Source of the DNA: Gracilinanus agilis
Taxonomy: Eukaryota
Reading direction: 5' to 3'
Assembly: GCF_016433145.1 (NCBI RefSeq)
Contig: NC_058132.1
Span: forward strand, 254,006,224 to 254,070,223
DNA: 64,000 nucleotides
Position numbers and translations under genes: made by a program. The notes under the pieces are model-generated. The model ran no database searches, was not told where the DNA came from, and saw only the letters and a list, made by a program, of their open reading frames with translations. Below are positions 24,890 to 37,689 of this stretch, piece after piece (the stretch's first letter is position 1; the number at the start of each line of letters is the position of its first letter).

Positions 24890-25100
24890 CTGAAAGTGTC
24901 AAACATGAACCCTCAGGTTAAATGTGTCCACGTGGGTCTACCATAATCTCTAGGAACCATATTAAATTGGAAATATTCATTAAAATAAATAAAAATGCTA
25001 CAAAATATAGATTACATTTTAAAAACCAAGCCAATATGCTGACCACAGGGATCTTAATGTAGAATAAGTCTTTCTTTTCTATTTTAATTTGACACCAATG
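24890..25100. mobile_element. Degenerate hAT-like MITE nested in a MIR3/marsupial CORE-SINE (head ~24770-24889, tail ~25101-25210)
   Basis: Ends gtgtcaaa...tttgacac; its reverse complement resembles 51586-51921. Confidence 0.55.
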
Positions 25101-27071
25101 CCCCAGGCAACTTTCTAATGCTATAAATTTCAGAGAAGGGTCTGACTTACATTGGTAGAAGAAATGTCCTCACCTGGGAGTTCCCAGGACCAATGAAATA
25201 ACAGGTCTGTATTGTTGTTGTTGTTCAGTTTTTTCAGTTGTGTCCAACTTTTTGTGACCCTATTGGGGTTTCCTTTTCAAAGATACTGGTGTGGTGAGCC
25301 ATTTCTTTTTCCCGCACATCTATTAATTTCCTAAATTCAACATATAATAATAAAATCACATCTTTGGGATTTTTTGACTGTGGCCTACATTTTTATTATG
25401 ATGCTTCCACAAAAAAATTAAGACGTAGTCTGACATTCTAGTACTGGTACCTAGAAGAAATTTCATTTTCTACAGTTACTCAGAAAAAAATTAAGTTAAT
25501 AATTATTATTTTACAAATTCTAGAAAAAAGTGATCTTTAGAATTAAATGTGAACATAAAATTGGAACAATTACTTGTCAGCAGAATCCTTCCAAGCTTAT
25601 TGATTATCAGGTGAAAGGGAAGACGTCTTTTATTAAGAGCAGCACAAAAGTAATGATAAGATTTTCCAATATTAAAGTAAACAAACACAATCTGATAACA
25701 TTTCCTTCCTCTGAAGGAAACATAGTAAAGTTGCATTTATGTTTCATTACTTTGAAACTTCCAAAAATTAGGACAAAAGCTAGCCTGAAGAAGAATTTAT
25801 TGAAAAGAATTTATTATCTGTGAGCAAATAAATAGCATAAATAAAGTTTTAGGAGAGATACTCAAATTTCAATGGAGAACATACATTTTAAACATCATTA
25901 GAATTATAAATTCATATTTTATTCTATTTATGCAAGTAGAATATATGCTATTATTAGAAGGAATTTCATTTATCTCAGGAGCAGAAATTTTAGGTTAGAG
26001 GAAGGTCTTAATTTGTAATAATAATAATAAATCATCACTAACCCCTAATATTTTGGTGTTTATCAACCATCTACAAAATTAGTTTTAATATAACAGTTTT
26101 AGCTGATCAATAACAGCTTTAGTCTCAGTATAACATTATTTATCTATGTTATTATATTCATATATAATATAGAATAAATATAATTTGTATAATGCATTTT
26201 ATGCATATTTTATATATCAAATCTATATTTAGAATTACAAATTTATATATAGATGGTTAATTTGCTAAATATAAATCTTTCTTATTTGCCAATAGAGTTC
26301 TCCTGAAGACATCTACTAGGTAACATTTGATTAGCCTTCATAGTAGTAATATTGTACATTTTGAAATTAATACAGCATAATTTCATTCAAATTTCTACAA
26401 TTCAGGTTTAGAAATTTGGAATTGACTGAAGTTTTTTATGTAACTCCTTGGGCTTCATTTTCCTCATCTGTAGAATGAAAGAGTGGGGAAAAATGTTTCC
26501 TGAGATTCCTTCCAATTCTAGAACTAGAGTCCTATTGTAATGAAGTATGATTTCAGTGGCCTGGGCCAGTGGAAAGAGCATTAGTTCCTGAAATAGGGAC
26601 CTGGATTCAAATCAAGAAAATCATGCAATGCCTTTTACGGAATTTGGAGTTAGAAGGAATGTTTTAAGATCCTACTCTATCTTCTTGCAGATGAGGAAGC
26701 TGAATCTTAGAGAGAAGAAGCACAGTTAGATAGGTAATTAGCAGTAAAACTAGGATTCATTTAACTCCAGGTCCTGGCTTTTTTCTGCTATATCTTGCTT
26801 CCCCTCCATGTAGTGTAATGAAAAGAGCATTGCATACTTAAGCACAGGATGGGAAATTTAGGATCCTTGAAATCAAGAGTAATGGACCTTACTAAGGTCC
26901 TATGTAAACCTTTGTATGATGCTGTGATTGTTTGAGCAAATTATTTTGTGTGCTTTGCTTTTATTGCTACTGTGTAAATTTATTCCATGAAAAGGTAACA
27001 GCCCACTACATTCTCTAAGTAGTAGATAATATTAGAATAGAATTCTGATTGATGTTCTCTTATTTTCACAG

Positions 27072-27238
27072 TTGAACAACCCTTCCTCATAACTGTAAGA
27101 ATGAATATAATTTATGGAATCTCCCTTAATCCTGAGGAGAAAACCAATGATGCCATGGTTCCTATTGCGGGGATCCAGAATGGTTACGATGTTGACTTTG
27201 ATGATTCAGAGCAGTTCATCTATTGGGTTGAAAATCCA
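27072..27238 (+). CDS. LRP2: LRP2 exon ~32 (167 nt), start of propeller 4
   Basis: ttcacag|TT GAA CAA CCC...AAT CCA|gtgagt; [24 protein letters not shown]...IYWVENP. Confidence 0.96.
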
Positions 27239-27984
27239 GTGAGTGTTGTTTTAGGTAACCTTGAAGGTCACTTTGGAAAAGCCTTCACAACGCCTTTTTG
27301 AGAAGAATATGTTTTGTATTGTGGAAGCTGATGAAATGGTGCAGAAGTGGATGAAATGAACAAGTTTCTTGATTTGTTGAACACAATTGTATTATTGAGT
27401 AGCAGCAATGTGTGTTTAGTGGATCATGATCCAGCCTTGTAGCCAAGAAGACATGGGCTTATGTCCTCCCTGTGACACATACTCTCTGGGTGTCTATGAG
27501 CAAGTCACTCTATGTCTCAGTGCTCCAGACCAGGCAGCTTTCATAGACTACAAGTTGCAGAGGTGTATTGGTGGAAGGAATTTTGTCCTGAGAGTTCCCT
27601 TCATGGATGAGATCACAGTTCTTGAATTAAAAAAAATTATTTCACATGTCCCTGGTACTTTATAGTGTAAAAAGACTTTCCTCACAATAATTTTGTGAAG
27701 TAATGCAAGTATTATCTTTATTTGACAATAAGTGAGCTAAAACTCTGATTCTAAGTGACTCATCCATGGTCACAAACCTAATAAGTATTACAATTAAGAT
27801 ACACACTCAGGTCTATTTCCCTAGTGAAATCTCCTACTACACTCCAATACCGAGAACCCATCTGTCTTACTTATTGAAGCACTCATATACAAGCATGAAA
27901 TTGTCCCACAGCAAGGATCAGTGACTTTTCCCCTGAGTGCTACCAATTAGGACTAAACAATGTCTTTAGTACTACTGGATATAG

Positions 27985-28372
27985 GGAAAAAAGAAAAGGA
28001 AGAAGAAAAAAATTAGGAAGGGAATGGAGAGAAAGAGAGAGAAAACTAGAAAAGAAAAAAGAAGAAAAAAGAAAAGAAAAAAGAGAAAAGAAAATGGGCA
28101 TATAATGGGAGAGAAGAAAAGGGAGAAAAGGAAAGGAAGAAGAAAAGAATTAGGAAGGGAATGGAGAGAAAGAGAAAGGAAACTAGAAAATAAAAAAGAA
28201 GAAAGTAAAAAGAGAAAAGAAAATGGACATATATTGGGAGAGAAGAAAAGGTGAAAAAGGAAAGGAAGAAGAAAAAATCAGGAAGGGGATGGAGAGAAAG
28301 AGAGAAAACTAGAAAATAAAAGTAGAGAAAAAAGAAAGTAAAAAGAGAAAAGAAAATGGACATATATTGGGA
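27985..28372. repeat. Polypurine minisatellite, three ~130-bp units
   Basis: Marker aaaatgg(g/a)catata(a/t)tggga at 28091, 28220, 28353. Confidence 0.9.
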
Positions 28373-29199
28373 AGTATTGATGTAGTACCATGAATTTCCC
28401 TGGGTGTTACTTAGCCCCTGTGCTACAAATTCTTTCTCTTTTCTACAGGCTATTTCTCAGCAATTCATCCATCTTCAATTGTTCTAATATTTAAGCCAGT
28501 TTAATATTTTTCCTTGCTCCCAAATTCATAAGGAATTAAACATAAAATTTCATTTGAACTTATAACTATGAAGGACAACCTAGCCTGTAAGATAACATAT
28601 AATATTTCCCTCTTGTTACTAGTCTGATTCCTCTTTTAACTTTTCCTGTATCTAAATATCAAAGTCTTTTAGATAAGGTGACACGAGGACCCTGGAGGGA
28701 TTGGGGATGTAGTATACCTGAGCTAAGAATCTCTTATAACTTCCCTATGTAGTCAGACAGTTCCTTCTCAAGATTTCAGTTTGTTATTGAAAATTTTACT
28801 ATTGCCTGCACCACTTCCCCAGTTTTTTCTATCCTTACTTTATTTGATGTTGATAGATTTGCTTCCAGCATAACAGAGAACACTCTAAGATTATCTTGAT
28901 GTTATGTGCCCCTAGAGGGATTTGAGTAAGAGGGGATAGAAGTGACATAGATGTGACATAGTTTGGGGCTGCTGAGCCCCAGAATAACTCACCACATTTT
29001 TGAGCTCCAGTTTCTGGGCCTCACATGTCACATCTTTTGGTGGATTCATTTTGACTATTTTTCCTGTCATAAAAGAAGAAATATTTTTTCAGTTAACTTT
29101 AGTTTGTAATCTAACAAGTGAACCTTGTGTACTCATTCTCCTCAAGCCAGAGTGCATATATTTCAGTCCATACCCTTAAAAATCAGTGTTGCATGTCAC

Positions 29200-29700
29200 C
29201 AGTATTAAGGAAGGAAGGAAATGAGCTTTTATGAAGTGCTTATTTTCTGCTACTCACTGTGCTAAGTACTGGGAATAAAAATATAAGTAGAAAGAAAGTT
29301 AGTGCCTGCCCTCAAGAAGTTTACGTGCTAATGAGAAAAGATCATATGTAAAGTGGGGCCAAAAAATGGGAGAAATGGAAATGAAGATATCCAGCCTGGT
29401 AGCATGGTTGTGAAGACTTGAAGCCAGACCAGGAGGGGAATGGAGGCCAGGCTAGACCATCCATAAAATGGAGGTCTTTGGAGCCACTGACCAGTGGAAG
29501 GAGGGGAGTGGGCCTTACAGAGGGATATTCCAGGTTGAGAAGCCTGAAGGGAAGGTTGAGTGTTCCAGGGCAAGGAGTTTGCTCTTGATGAAAGCTCTGG
29601 GATGAGACAATGGCTGAAACATGGTTCTGATGAGCCTAGTATCTGTTGTTTCAAACATTGAAAGTGTTAGACAAGTAAAATATTTGTGGGACAAAGCATG
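29200..29700 (-). mobile_element. L2-like LINE fragment
   Basis: Reverse L2 tail (aagtgcttattttctgctactcactgtgctaagtactgg) followed by purine-rich L2 body; approximate. Confidence 0.55.
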
Positions 29701-29756
29701 TTCATTAAGAATTCTTGTCTTTGAAATTATCTCACTTTCTTTGCCTTTCTTCCAAG

Positions 29757-29900
29757 GGTGAAATTCACAGAGTGAAATCAGATGGCACCAACAGGACGGT
29801 GTTTGCTCCTGCATCTGTTCTGGGATCTCCAATAAGCCTCGCTTTAGACTGGATCTCTAGAAATCTTTATTATACTAATCCTGGAACACAATCGATTGAG
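29757..29900 (+). CDS. LRP2: LRP2 exon ~33 (144 nt), propeller 4
   Basis: ttccaag|GGT GAA ATT...ATT GAG|gtaatt; [16 protein letters not shown]...[19 protein letters not shown]. Confidence 0.96.
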
Positions 29901-32900
29901 GTAATTATTCCTTAAGTATCTTTAAATAATAGCTATGATTTTTATGTAATGCTTTAAGATTTACTAAATACTTTACACCTGGCACCCAGGATAATGTTCA
30001 GAGCAGGGGCACTTGGCCAGACACCAAGGCCAACAGTAGTTATTGCTGCTGAATTTGCAGTTAGTTTAAAAAAAAAAAGGCCTTCGAAATGCAAAAAAAA
30101 AAATACTTTACACATGTCAACTCATTTGATGCTCACTATAATCCTATGAGATAGGTGCTCTTTTAGCTCCACTTTATAGATGAGGAGACAACCACCAAAA
30201 GTTTAAGTGACTTGCCTTTCCCAGACACAGCTGGTATCTGAAGTGGGATTTGAACTTGGGTCTTTCTGATTCTAAGTCTAGCGCTTTGTGAATGGTGTCA
30301 GCTCATTGTCTGTTTCTGAAATGTGGAATTAAAAAAATGGTCCTCTGGCCATCCGAAGGTATCATTTAGAAAAATTATAAATTAAAAAATTAATTAAAAT
30401 AGCAAAGTCAACTTTGAAATTATTGAAAAAGAAATCTACCAAGGCATCTAGGTAGCCCACTGGATAGAGTTCTGGGAACCTGAAGTCAAGAAGACCTGAG
30501 TTCAAATCCAGCCTCAGACACTTATTAGGTGTGTGACCCTTAGCAAATAAGTTAACTTCTGTCTGCCTCAGTTTCCTCAACTGTGAAATGAGGATCACAA
30601 TGATACCTGCCTCCTAGAGTTGTTGTGAGGATCAAATGAGATAATACAAATATAACACTTAGGACAATATCTGACACATAGTCAGTGTTTAGTAGATGTT
30701 TGTTCCCTTCTTTCATACTGAGATGAAAAGAGGAAGAATATTTTGCTAGTTTAGAACTAAAGTCCTCAGAGGTATTAGAGAAAATTAATTCTTTAAAAGA
30801 ATTACAATACTGCTTTCTTTCTTCCTGAGGATTTACTCTGTTTCTACTCATTTCAATTTTTTCTACTCATAGATATTTTATTTTTGTTTTTAATTAATTA
30901 ATTAATTTGTTCTTACATTAAAATACTGTTAACTTCTCACTTTCCTTCCCCCATTAAAGAATTCTAATTTAAAATTCACTATTTATTGCCTTTCTTATTT
31001 GAGGTAGATTATCAGATATCTCTGCCTTAGTTTTGTGGACAGAAACCAGATATAGTCTGAATTCTTTTTATGTATTTCTTCCATGTGATAATCATTCTTT
31101 TACCATTAGACTAATTTCAGGAGCAACTCAAGCTACTGAGTAGATATATGACTGTACCGATGGAGAATGAAGTGTTATTTGCTTAAATCCATATGGAACC
31201 AAATGGGCAGTTGTTGAGTTTGATAACGTTTCCAAAAAAGTCATGAATAAATGATGTATTTTGTTATGTGTCACCAGAAAGTGATTGCTACTCAATCTAA
31301 TGTAAGTGTAGGAGAAGGAAGGGAACATTGCAAGTAGAGCTTGAAAAAATAAGGTAAAACCACTCACCTAAAGTAAACTAGAGACTACCCAGTAAGAAGA
31401 AAGGATGTTATGCAAACAACAACTTTTATCTCTTCCTACAGCATATAGAATTAAGCAAAATGAAATATAACTAATTTGAGGAATATGTAATAAGTCATAT
31501 TGAATAGAATACAGAAATTTACTATTCAGACTATTAGCACAGTCATTCAACTATATAAAAGATTTTAAGTTGCACGTGGACTCTTGAGTGATTGAATGAA
31601 TGTACAAATATACTAACAAAATATTACATCTGAAATTTAACTATTTTAGCTTGCATGTAAGTTAATTTACCTCAATTGAATCAGCCAGCATGTTTTCTTA
31701 CATTTGTATGATATTATAAATAAATCTCCTTTGGGAAAAATGACCTGGGATCTATTGGATCATTTTTTGTTTGTTTGTTTTTTCCTTTGGAAAGGATTTA
31801 GAGAGCATTGATATATTTGTGAGTAAAGCTGTTCTCTGCTTATGGCAGTTTCATTAATAAAAAGAGGCTATTTCCCCTACTATTTGTCTTTTTTAAAGCA
31901 TAAAGATACTTTTAAAATGCCAATATTAGGGATAATGGAAAAGTGTTGAAGAAATTGACACACTGATTTCCACTAGGGGTAGCTATATGTCTGCTTTCTA
32001 AAAAGAATTTTGCAACTAAAGAAGGAGTTTGAAAAGCATGCGTGAGTGAGAACCTCTTCCATGTAAAAAACCATGGAAGAAGGGTTTTCTTTTTGAAGAA
32101 GAAAATCATAGATTTTGGGAAATGAAAGCCTTGTTGCAGTGAAAGGCATCTTGGGCATCCTAAGCATCTGAAAGAAGAAAGGCGCATCAGATCGTCATAA
32201 TGTAATGTAGAAATAGGATGGGATGTTGAGAAATAAAATAGAAATTATAGATTTCTACTGGTACACTTTTTGGTGGCAAAACTCAAGTGAGAGGATGTTA
32301 GTGCTTGATGGGCTTTAGAGATGACAAATTCTCTCATTTTCTAGGAAACTAGGGTGTACAGAAGTTAGGTGACTTACTTGGGTCCCACAGGAGAGTTGAG
32401 TCAAGAATCCCAGTCTCTAGTCTGCTTTACAATTTGATTCACTTTTTGCTCTCTGCCTTCTCAATAAGTATTCTTTTAAATTCTTTAAATAAATGTCATT
32501 ATTCCTCACTTTTCCCAGATAAAATCAGCAGTATTCATATCAGTAAAGACTCGGAAGTGGCATTTTTGGCCCAATCTTTCACATTGAAAAATCCTGTCTG
32601 ATTTTTTAAAGGCTAACTAATGATTCTTTCCTTTCAAGACCATATAGGGTACTCATCCATCAGAATAGCTATTGACTTGGAACAGAATTTGCTACAGCTC
32701 CAATTAGTTTCCATGCACAGTATAGTTTTAGTAATGGGCTACAGGTGATAGTATTGTGGTCAGCTGAATTAGGACTGAGAATCTGTGACATAGCATAGGT
32801 GTTTTAAATCTGAGGAAGAGTAAATTTTTAAAAAAACTTTTTACAAAGGGGATGTTTATAATTTTCTTATTTGAAGCTATGTTTCTTTTGGTAGTAATTT

Positions 32901-33248
32901 TGAATGTTTCTCCAGTAAGAAATACTTTATAAATTTCTCTCCCAAAATTTAAGGCAACTCAGAGAATACATTTGAATGAATGATTTTTCTTTCCTGGTAT
33001 TGTTATTTGATAGAGTCCTTTTATCTTAGCCCTGGAGTACACAATTATATGTTGTCTTCAAGTCACTGGAGCCTTTCTACCTTGTCCTTCATATTTTCTT
33101 TTCCAACATATTATCCTATTTTCTTGCTTAACCACTAGAGTGATCTGCTGAGACCTCCTACCCATCTAGAGTTGTCTTTATATATTAGTCATGATACATA
33201 TGTTTTCTTGGTGCTTATTACTTTTTATGTTATGTTTTTCTGCTATAG

Positions 33249-33358
33249 GTTTTAACACTTGAAGGTGAAAGAAGATATAGAAAAACTGTGATTACTAATG
33301 ATGGAACATCTCTTGCAGTTGGCCTTCCAGTGGGCATAACTATTGATCCTGCCAATGG
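33249..33358 (+). CDS. LRP2: LRP2 exon ~34 (110 nt), propeller 4; absent from the ORF track
   Basis: ctatag|GTT TTA ACA...AAT GG|gtgagt; [37 protein letters not shown]. Confidence 0.95.
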
Positions 33359-33551
33359 GTGAGTTTACAAAATTACACAGTCTTCTTAATTTCAAACTTA
33401 TATTTACTATTAAAGTACATTACAACAAAACATGCAGGAGAATGTAATCTCAAGGAAAGGAATTATTTCATTTTTATCTGCATCACCAGGCTCGAGTACA
33501 TTGCTTACTATTTAAGTATTCATCTAGGAAATATTTATTTAAACACTTTTT

Positions 33552-33738
33552 AAAAAAATTTTAAACCCTTAACTTCTGTGTATTGACTTATAGGTGGAAG
33601 AGTGGTAAGGGTAGGCAATGGAGGTCAAGTGACTTGCCCAGGGTCACACAGCTGGGAAGTGTCTGAGGCCGGATTTGAACCTAGGACCTCCTGTCTCTAG
33701 GCCTGGCTCTCAATCCACTGAGCTACCCAGCTGCCCCC
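33552..33738 (-). mobile_element. Young SINE1_Mdo-like SINE with perfect 16-bp TSD
   Basis: TSD tatttaaacacttttt at 33536-33551 and 33739-33754; tail shorter than the 52419 copy. Confidence 0.9.
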
Positions 33739-34050
33739 TATTTAAACACTTTTTAAAACTTTTTTTACCAGTAAATATTTATTAAGTGCCTACCAGGTGC
33801 CAGATACTATGTTAAGCAATGGTAATATAACAAAAGGCAAAAGATAGTTCCTACTCTCAAGAAGCTCACAATCTAATGGAGGAGACAATATGGAAACAAC
33901 TATGTAAAAGCAAACTGTATATGGTTTAAATTGGAAATTATCAATAGAAGCAAGCTGTTAGAATTAAAGGAGGTTTAAGGGAGGCTTCTTGTTATTTTAT
34001 TGAAATTTAAAGAAATCAAACCAACTTCTTTCAGGAGGTGTTTGGTAGGT

Positions 34051-34110
34051 CCTTCCTTCCTTCCTTCCTTCCTTCCTTCCTTCCTTCCTTCCTTCCTTCC
34101 TTCCTTCCTT
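34051..34110. repeat. (CCTT)15 microsatellite
   Basis: Direct reading. Confidence 0.97.
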
Positions 34111-34849
34111 CTTTCAAAAAAACCCCTTACCTTCTGTCTCAGTATCAATTCTAAGGCAGAAGAGCAGCAGGGACTGGGAAACTGGGATTACATGGCTTGT
34201 TTAGAGTGACACAGCTAAGAAGTTTGGTAAGATTTTAACTGAGGTTCTTTTGACTCCAGTCTTGGCACTCTATCTACATTGCCTCTCATACCTATTTGCC
34301 CTAGTATGAACAGATCTTTCTATTTGGTCAAGGATGACATAATGATTTCCTTATTCTTTACCAACCCTTATATCTTATACAACATATACTGCATGTATGT
34401 CTCTCTACTGAAAGAACTGATCTGACCTCGGTGTTAGGCTATAACTTATAGAGAAGGCACAAAGTTGTACTGATACAGAAAGTTCCTCATTGGGAGCTTC
34501 CTACATGAATGAAAGTACAAGTCTGGTCCCCCCAAAAAGTATATGTAAATTGTTAGATAGACCATAGAATCCTAGGTCTGGAAGGGATTTGAAGGATTCA
34601 TCTAATTTAGACCTTTGCCTTAAATATACAAATCAAGGTCTTTGTTCATTCATCTCATTCTTTAAGTGCTTCAGGGACAGAACTTCATAAAATCTCTTTC
34701 AACTTACTCAAGCATTTAATCATTTTTTTCCTGCCAGAAAGATATTATTAGGTGTTAAGTCTCTCTTAAAACGAATTATCTTTTAATTTATTTATAATTC
34801 ATTCAGAGATTCTTTCAAGAAGAATTTTTTTCAGCAAACTATTGTTGCC

Positions 34850-36660
34850 TGCTATGTATAGACACTACTGGGTGGTATGGTGAATACAAAGATAAATTGT
34901 AATCTCTGAGTCATACAGTTTAATAGGGAAATGACAGGTCCACAAATAATTTAGGAGAAAAACCCAAGAGGCAGCCTGTAACAAGTATTATAGAAGAGTT
35001 ATAAGCCAACTACTATATTAGAGTAACTATGATAAAGGAGGTATCACTTCCATATGGAAAATTGGGGAAGATTTTGTGTAGAGGATGAGATATTTTAGGT
35101 TGGTTTGAGGGATAGTAGGATTTTGGCAGTCATATATGTGAGGGAGAGGAAAATTCAGATGTAGTGGAAGAAATAAGTAAAGACAATGAGATAGAAAATT
35201 ATCAGGGCATATTAGGGGACTGCCAAGTAAGTAATGTTTTGCTTGAACATGTGATGATGTATAGGGGGAGCATGAGTGACAAGACTAGAAAGGTAGGTTG
35301 GGATCGGGTCATTGAGGGATGATTTAAAGTTTGGATTTTATTTGGTAGATAGTGGGAAACTTTTGAAGATTTTTAAACAAAGCAATGATCTAAATTATGT
35401 TTTGGGAAGATTGATCTACAATGATTTATATGATAGATTGGAAGTGGAAAGACTAGTTAAGAGTCTACTAGCCTATTATAATAATCTGGGTAAAAGGCAG
35501 TAAGGGCTTTTCATCTAGGATGGTAGTAGTGTAAATGAAAAAAAAAGGCATACATATGATAGAAATATTATTAATATAGAACTAATAGAATGTTGGGATC
35601 AATAGAGAAATGGAAGAAAAGATGACAAGTTTTAAAAAAAAGTGGCTTGGATAATGGTAATCCTGTCTATAGAAATGGGAGCTAATAAAGGGACACATAA
35701 TTTTGGGAAATGGTTTTAGCTTAGGATATATTGAGTGTGAAATAATTTGTGAGATATCAATGTAAAGATATTAATTGGAATTTGAAAATGGGAAAAAGAG
35801 AATTGGAAGAAAAATTCTGACTAGAGAAATTCTAACTAGAGATAAAATTTGTAAGTAAGCTATGAAGAATTCATAGCTGAAACTGTGGGAATAGATGAGT
35901 TCATCAAGGGAAAAAGCATATCTATGTATCTTTATATATTTGTCTAGTCTTTGTCTTTTTCTCTATTTTTACCAATCCTAGATAGTTATATTAGAAAGTA
36001 GCAGTCATCAAAACTATCTATTATTGGTTAAAAACCAGAGAAATAGATGANNNNNNNNNNNNNNNNNNNNNNNNNNNNNNNNNNNNNNNNNNNNNNNNNN
36101 NNNNNNNNNNNNNNNNNNNNNNNNNNNNNNNNNNNNNNNNNNNNNNNNNNNNNNNNNNNNNNNNNNNNNNNNNNNNNNNNNNNNNNNNNNNNNNNNNNNN
36201 NNGGATGGTACCTATGTTTAGTAGGTGAAGGAGAAGAGGAACCATGGAAGGAAATGGACAGAAAAGTGTTTATGCTTTTCTAAAGCAGTGAGGTGAACTA
36301 AGATAGTCTAGGGTTGTGTACTGACATGGTAGACAAGGAAAATGAGGTTAGTGTGCTATGGAGGAAATTTGAAAGAGTGATGAAAATATAGCTTTGGAAC
36401 CCAAACTGTGTAGAGACAAGCGAATCCAGAAGAGTATTGATGGATTGGGAGAATTCAGTGAAGGAATGAAAGATATTGGCTGAGTTAGAGAAGGGCATTA
36501 TCAAAGTTCAAGATCTTAGAATTAGAGTATTAAGAATCAGGCATATTTCTGCTGGTGTGAGAGTAGAGTAGAAATGAAGGTTACTGAATGTGAGGAGTCT
36601 GAAGAACTGTGAGGCCAAACTGATTGTTAAAAAGCCCATTAATGTAGATTTTGAGTTTGC
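34850..36660 (-). mobile_element. Long degraded L2-like LINE (spans the second N gap)
   Basis: Reverse L2 tail at ~34850, then typical antisense L2 purine-rich body; approximate. Confidence 0.55.
36051..36203. other. Assembly gap (153 N)
   Basis: Run of N. Confidence 1.
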
Positions 36661-37689
36661 AAATCTAGACAACTTATTTTCAGTGTAGATAAAAACATTT
36701 GTTTTTTGTTTGATAACAAAGCATCTTATTAAGGCATTGATTTCTTTATACTAAGGGTTAAATTGTTTTCTATATGTTTTATCTCCCTCAATATAAAACA
36801 AAAGATTTCCAAACTTAGAGTTGTAAAAAGGGGAATAATTTAAGATCAATTTTAATTTCTTATGGGTATATTCTCATTACTTGAACTGAACATCATAGAT
36901 TCATAACATCTTAGGAACATTGATTTAAAGCAGAAAAGTATCTTAGAGACCATCTAGCCCAACCTTATTATTTTTATAGATAAGGAACCCGAAACCCAAG
37001 AAAGTTAAATGACTTGCCAAAGGCCAAACAGATAATAAATACCTATGATGAGATATGAACCTATGGAAATATGCTTTTAGAAGATAAAATTATTTTTGAA
37101 ATCTTATGAAGGAAGATAGAAGATTGTTCTATATAAGACATACAGGATAGAAGTGGTAGAAGTAAAAATGATTTTGTAGAAATCCTGACAAAAGATGCAA
37201 TTCTAGCAGATGATATCAAGATAATTTATGTAAGACACTGGAAGGGAAGTCACAAGACAATAAATAAAAGACCTTTTGACATTTCTATAACAAACTCTTT
37301 GGCAATGACAATAAGAGCTACCACACTGCAGTTTCCAGTGTGCTATATGAAGTAAAAGAAATAGCTTCCCCCCAAAAGTAAAGGCATGAATAATTGGATT
37401 AAGTCAATTCCCATAGAAGAAGAAGAAAGTGATAGAGATAACATAAATTTGAAATTAGGGAGAGATTGAAATCATGGAAATGGGCAATGCTGTATAATAG
37501 AAAACACTAGCACTGGAGACAGAGATCCTAGGTTCAAATTCTGCCTTAACATTTATCCCCTGTGTGACCTTGAGTAAGCCAACTTCCTTGGACCTTAGTT
37601 TTCTCATCTGTAAAATAAAGTAGTTGGACTAAGTGGCTTTTGAGGTCCCATTCAACTCTAGTTATGATCTTGTAATTATTACAAAAAAC

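Noticed and set aside
25495-25507. HNF1-like GTTAATAATTATT (11/13 to consensus)
   Set aside because: Expected by chance in very AT-rich sequence; no supporting context.
28024-28363. Lys/Arg-rich and Phe-rich ORFs
   Set aside because: Translations of the polypurine minisatellite.
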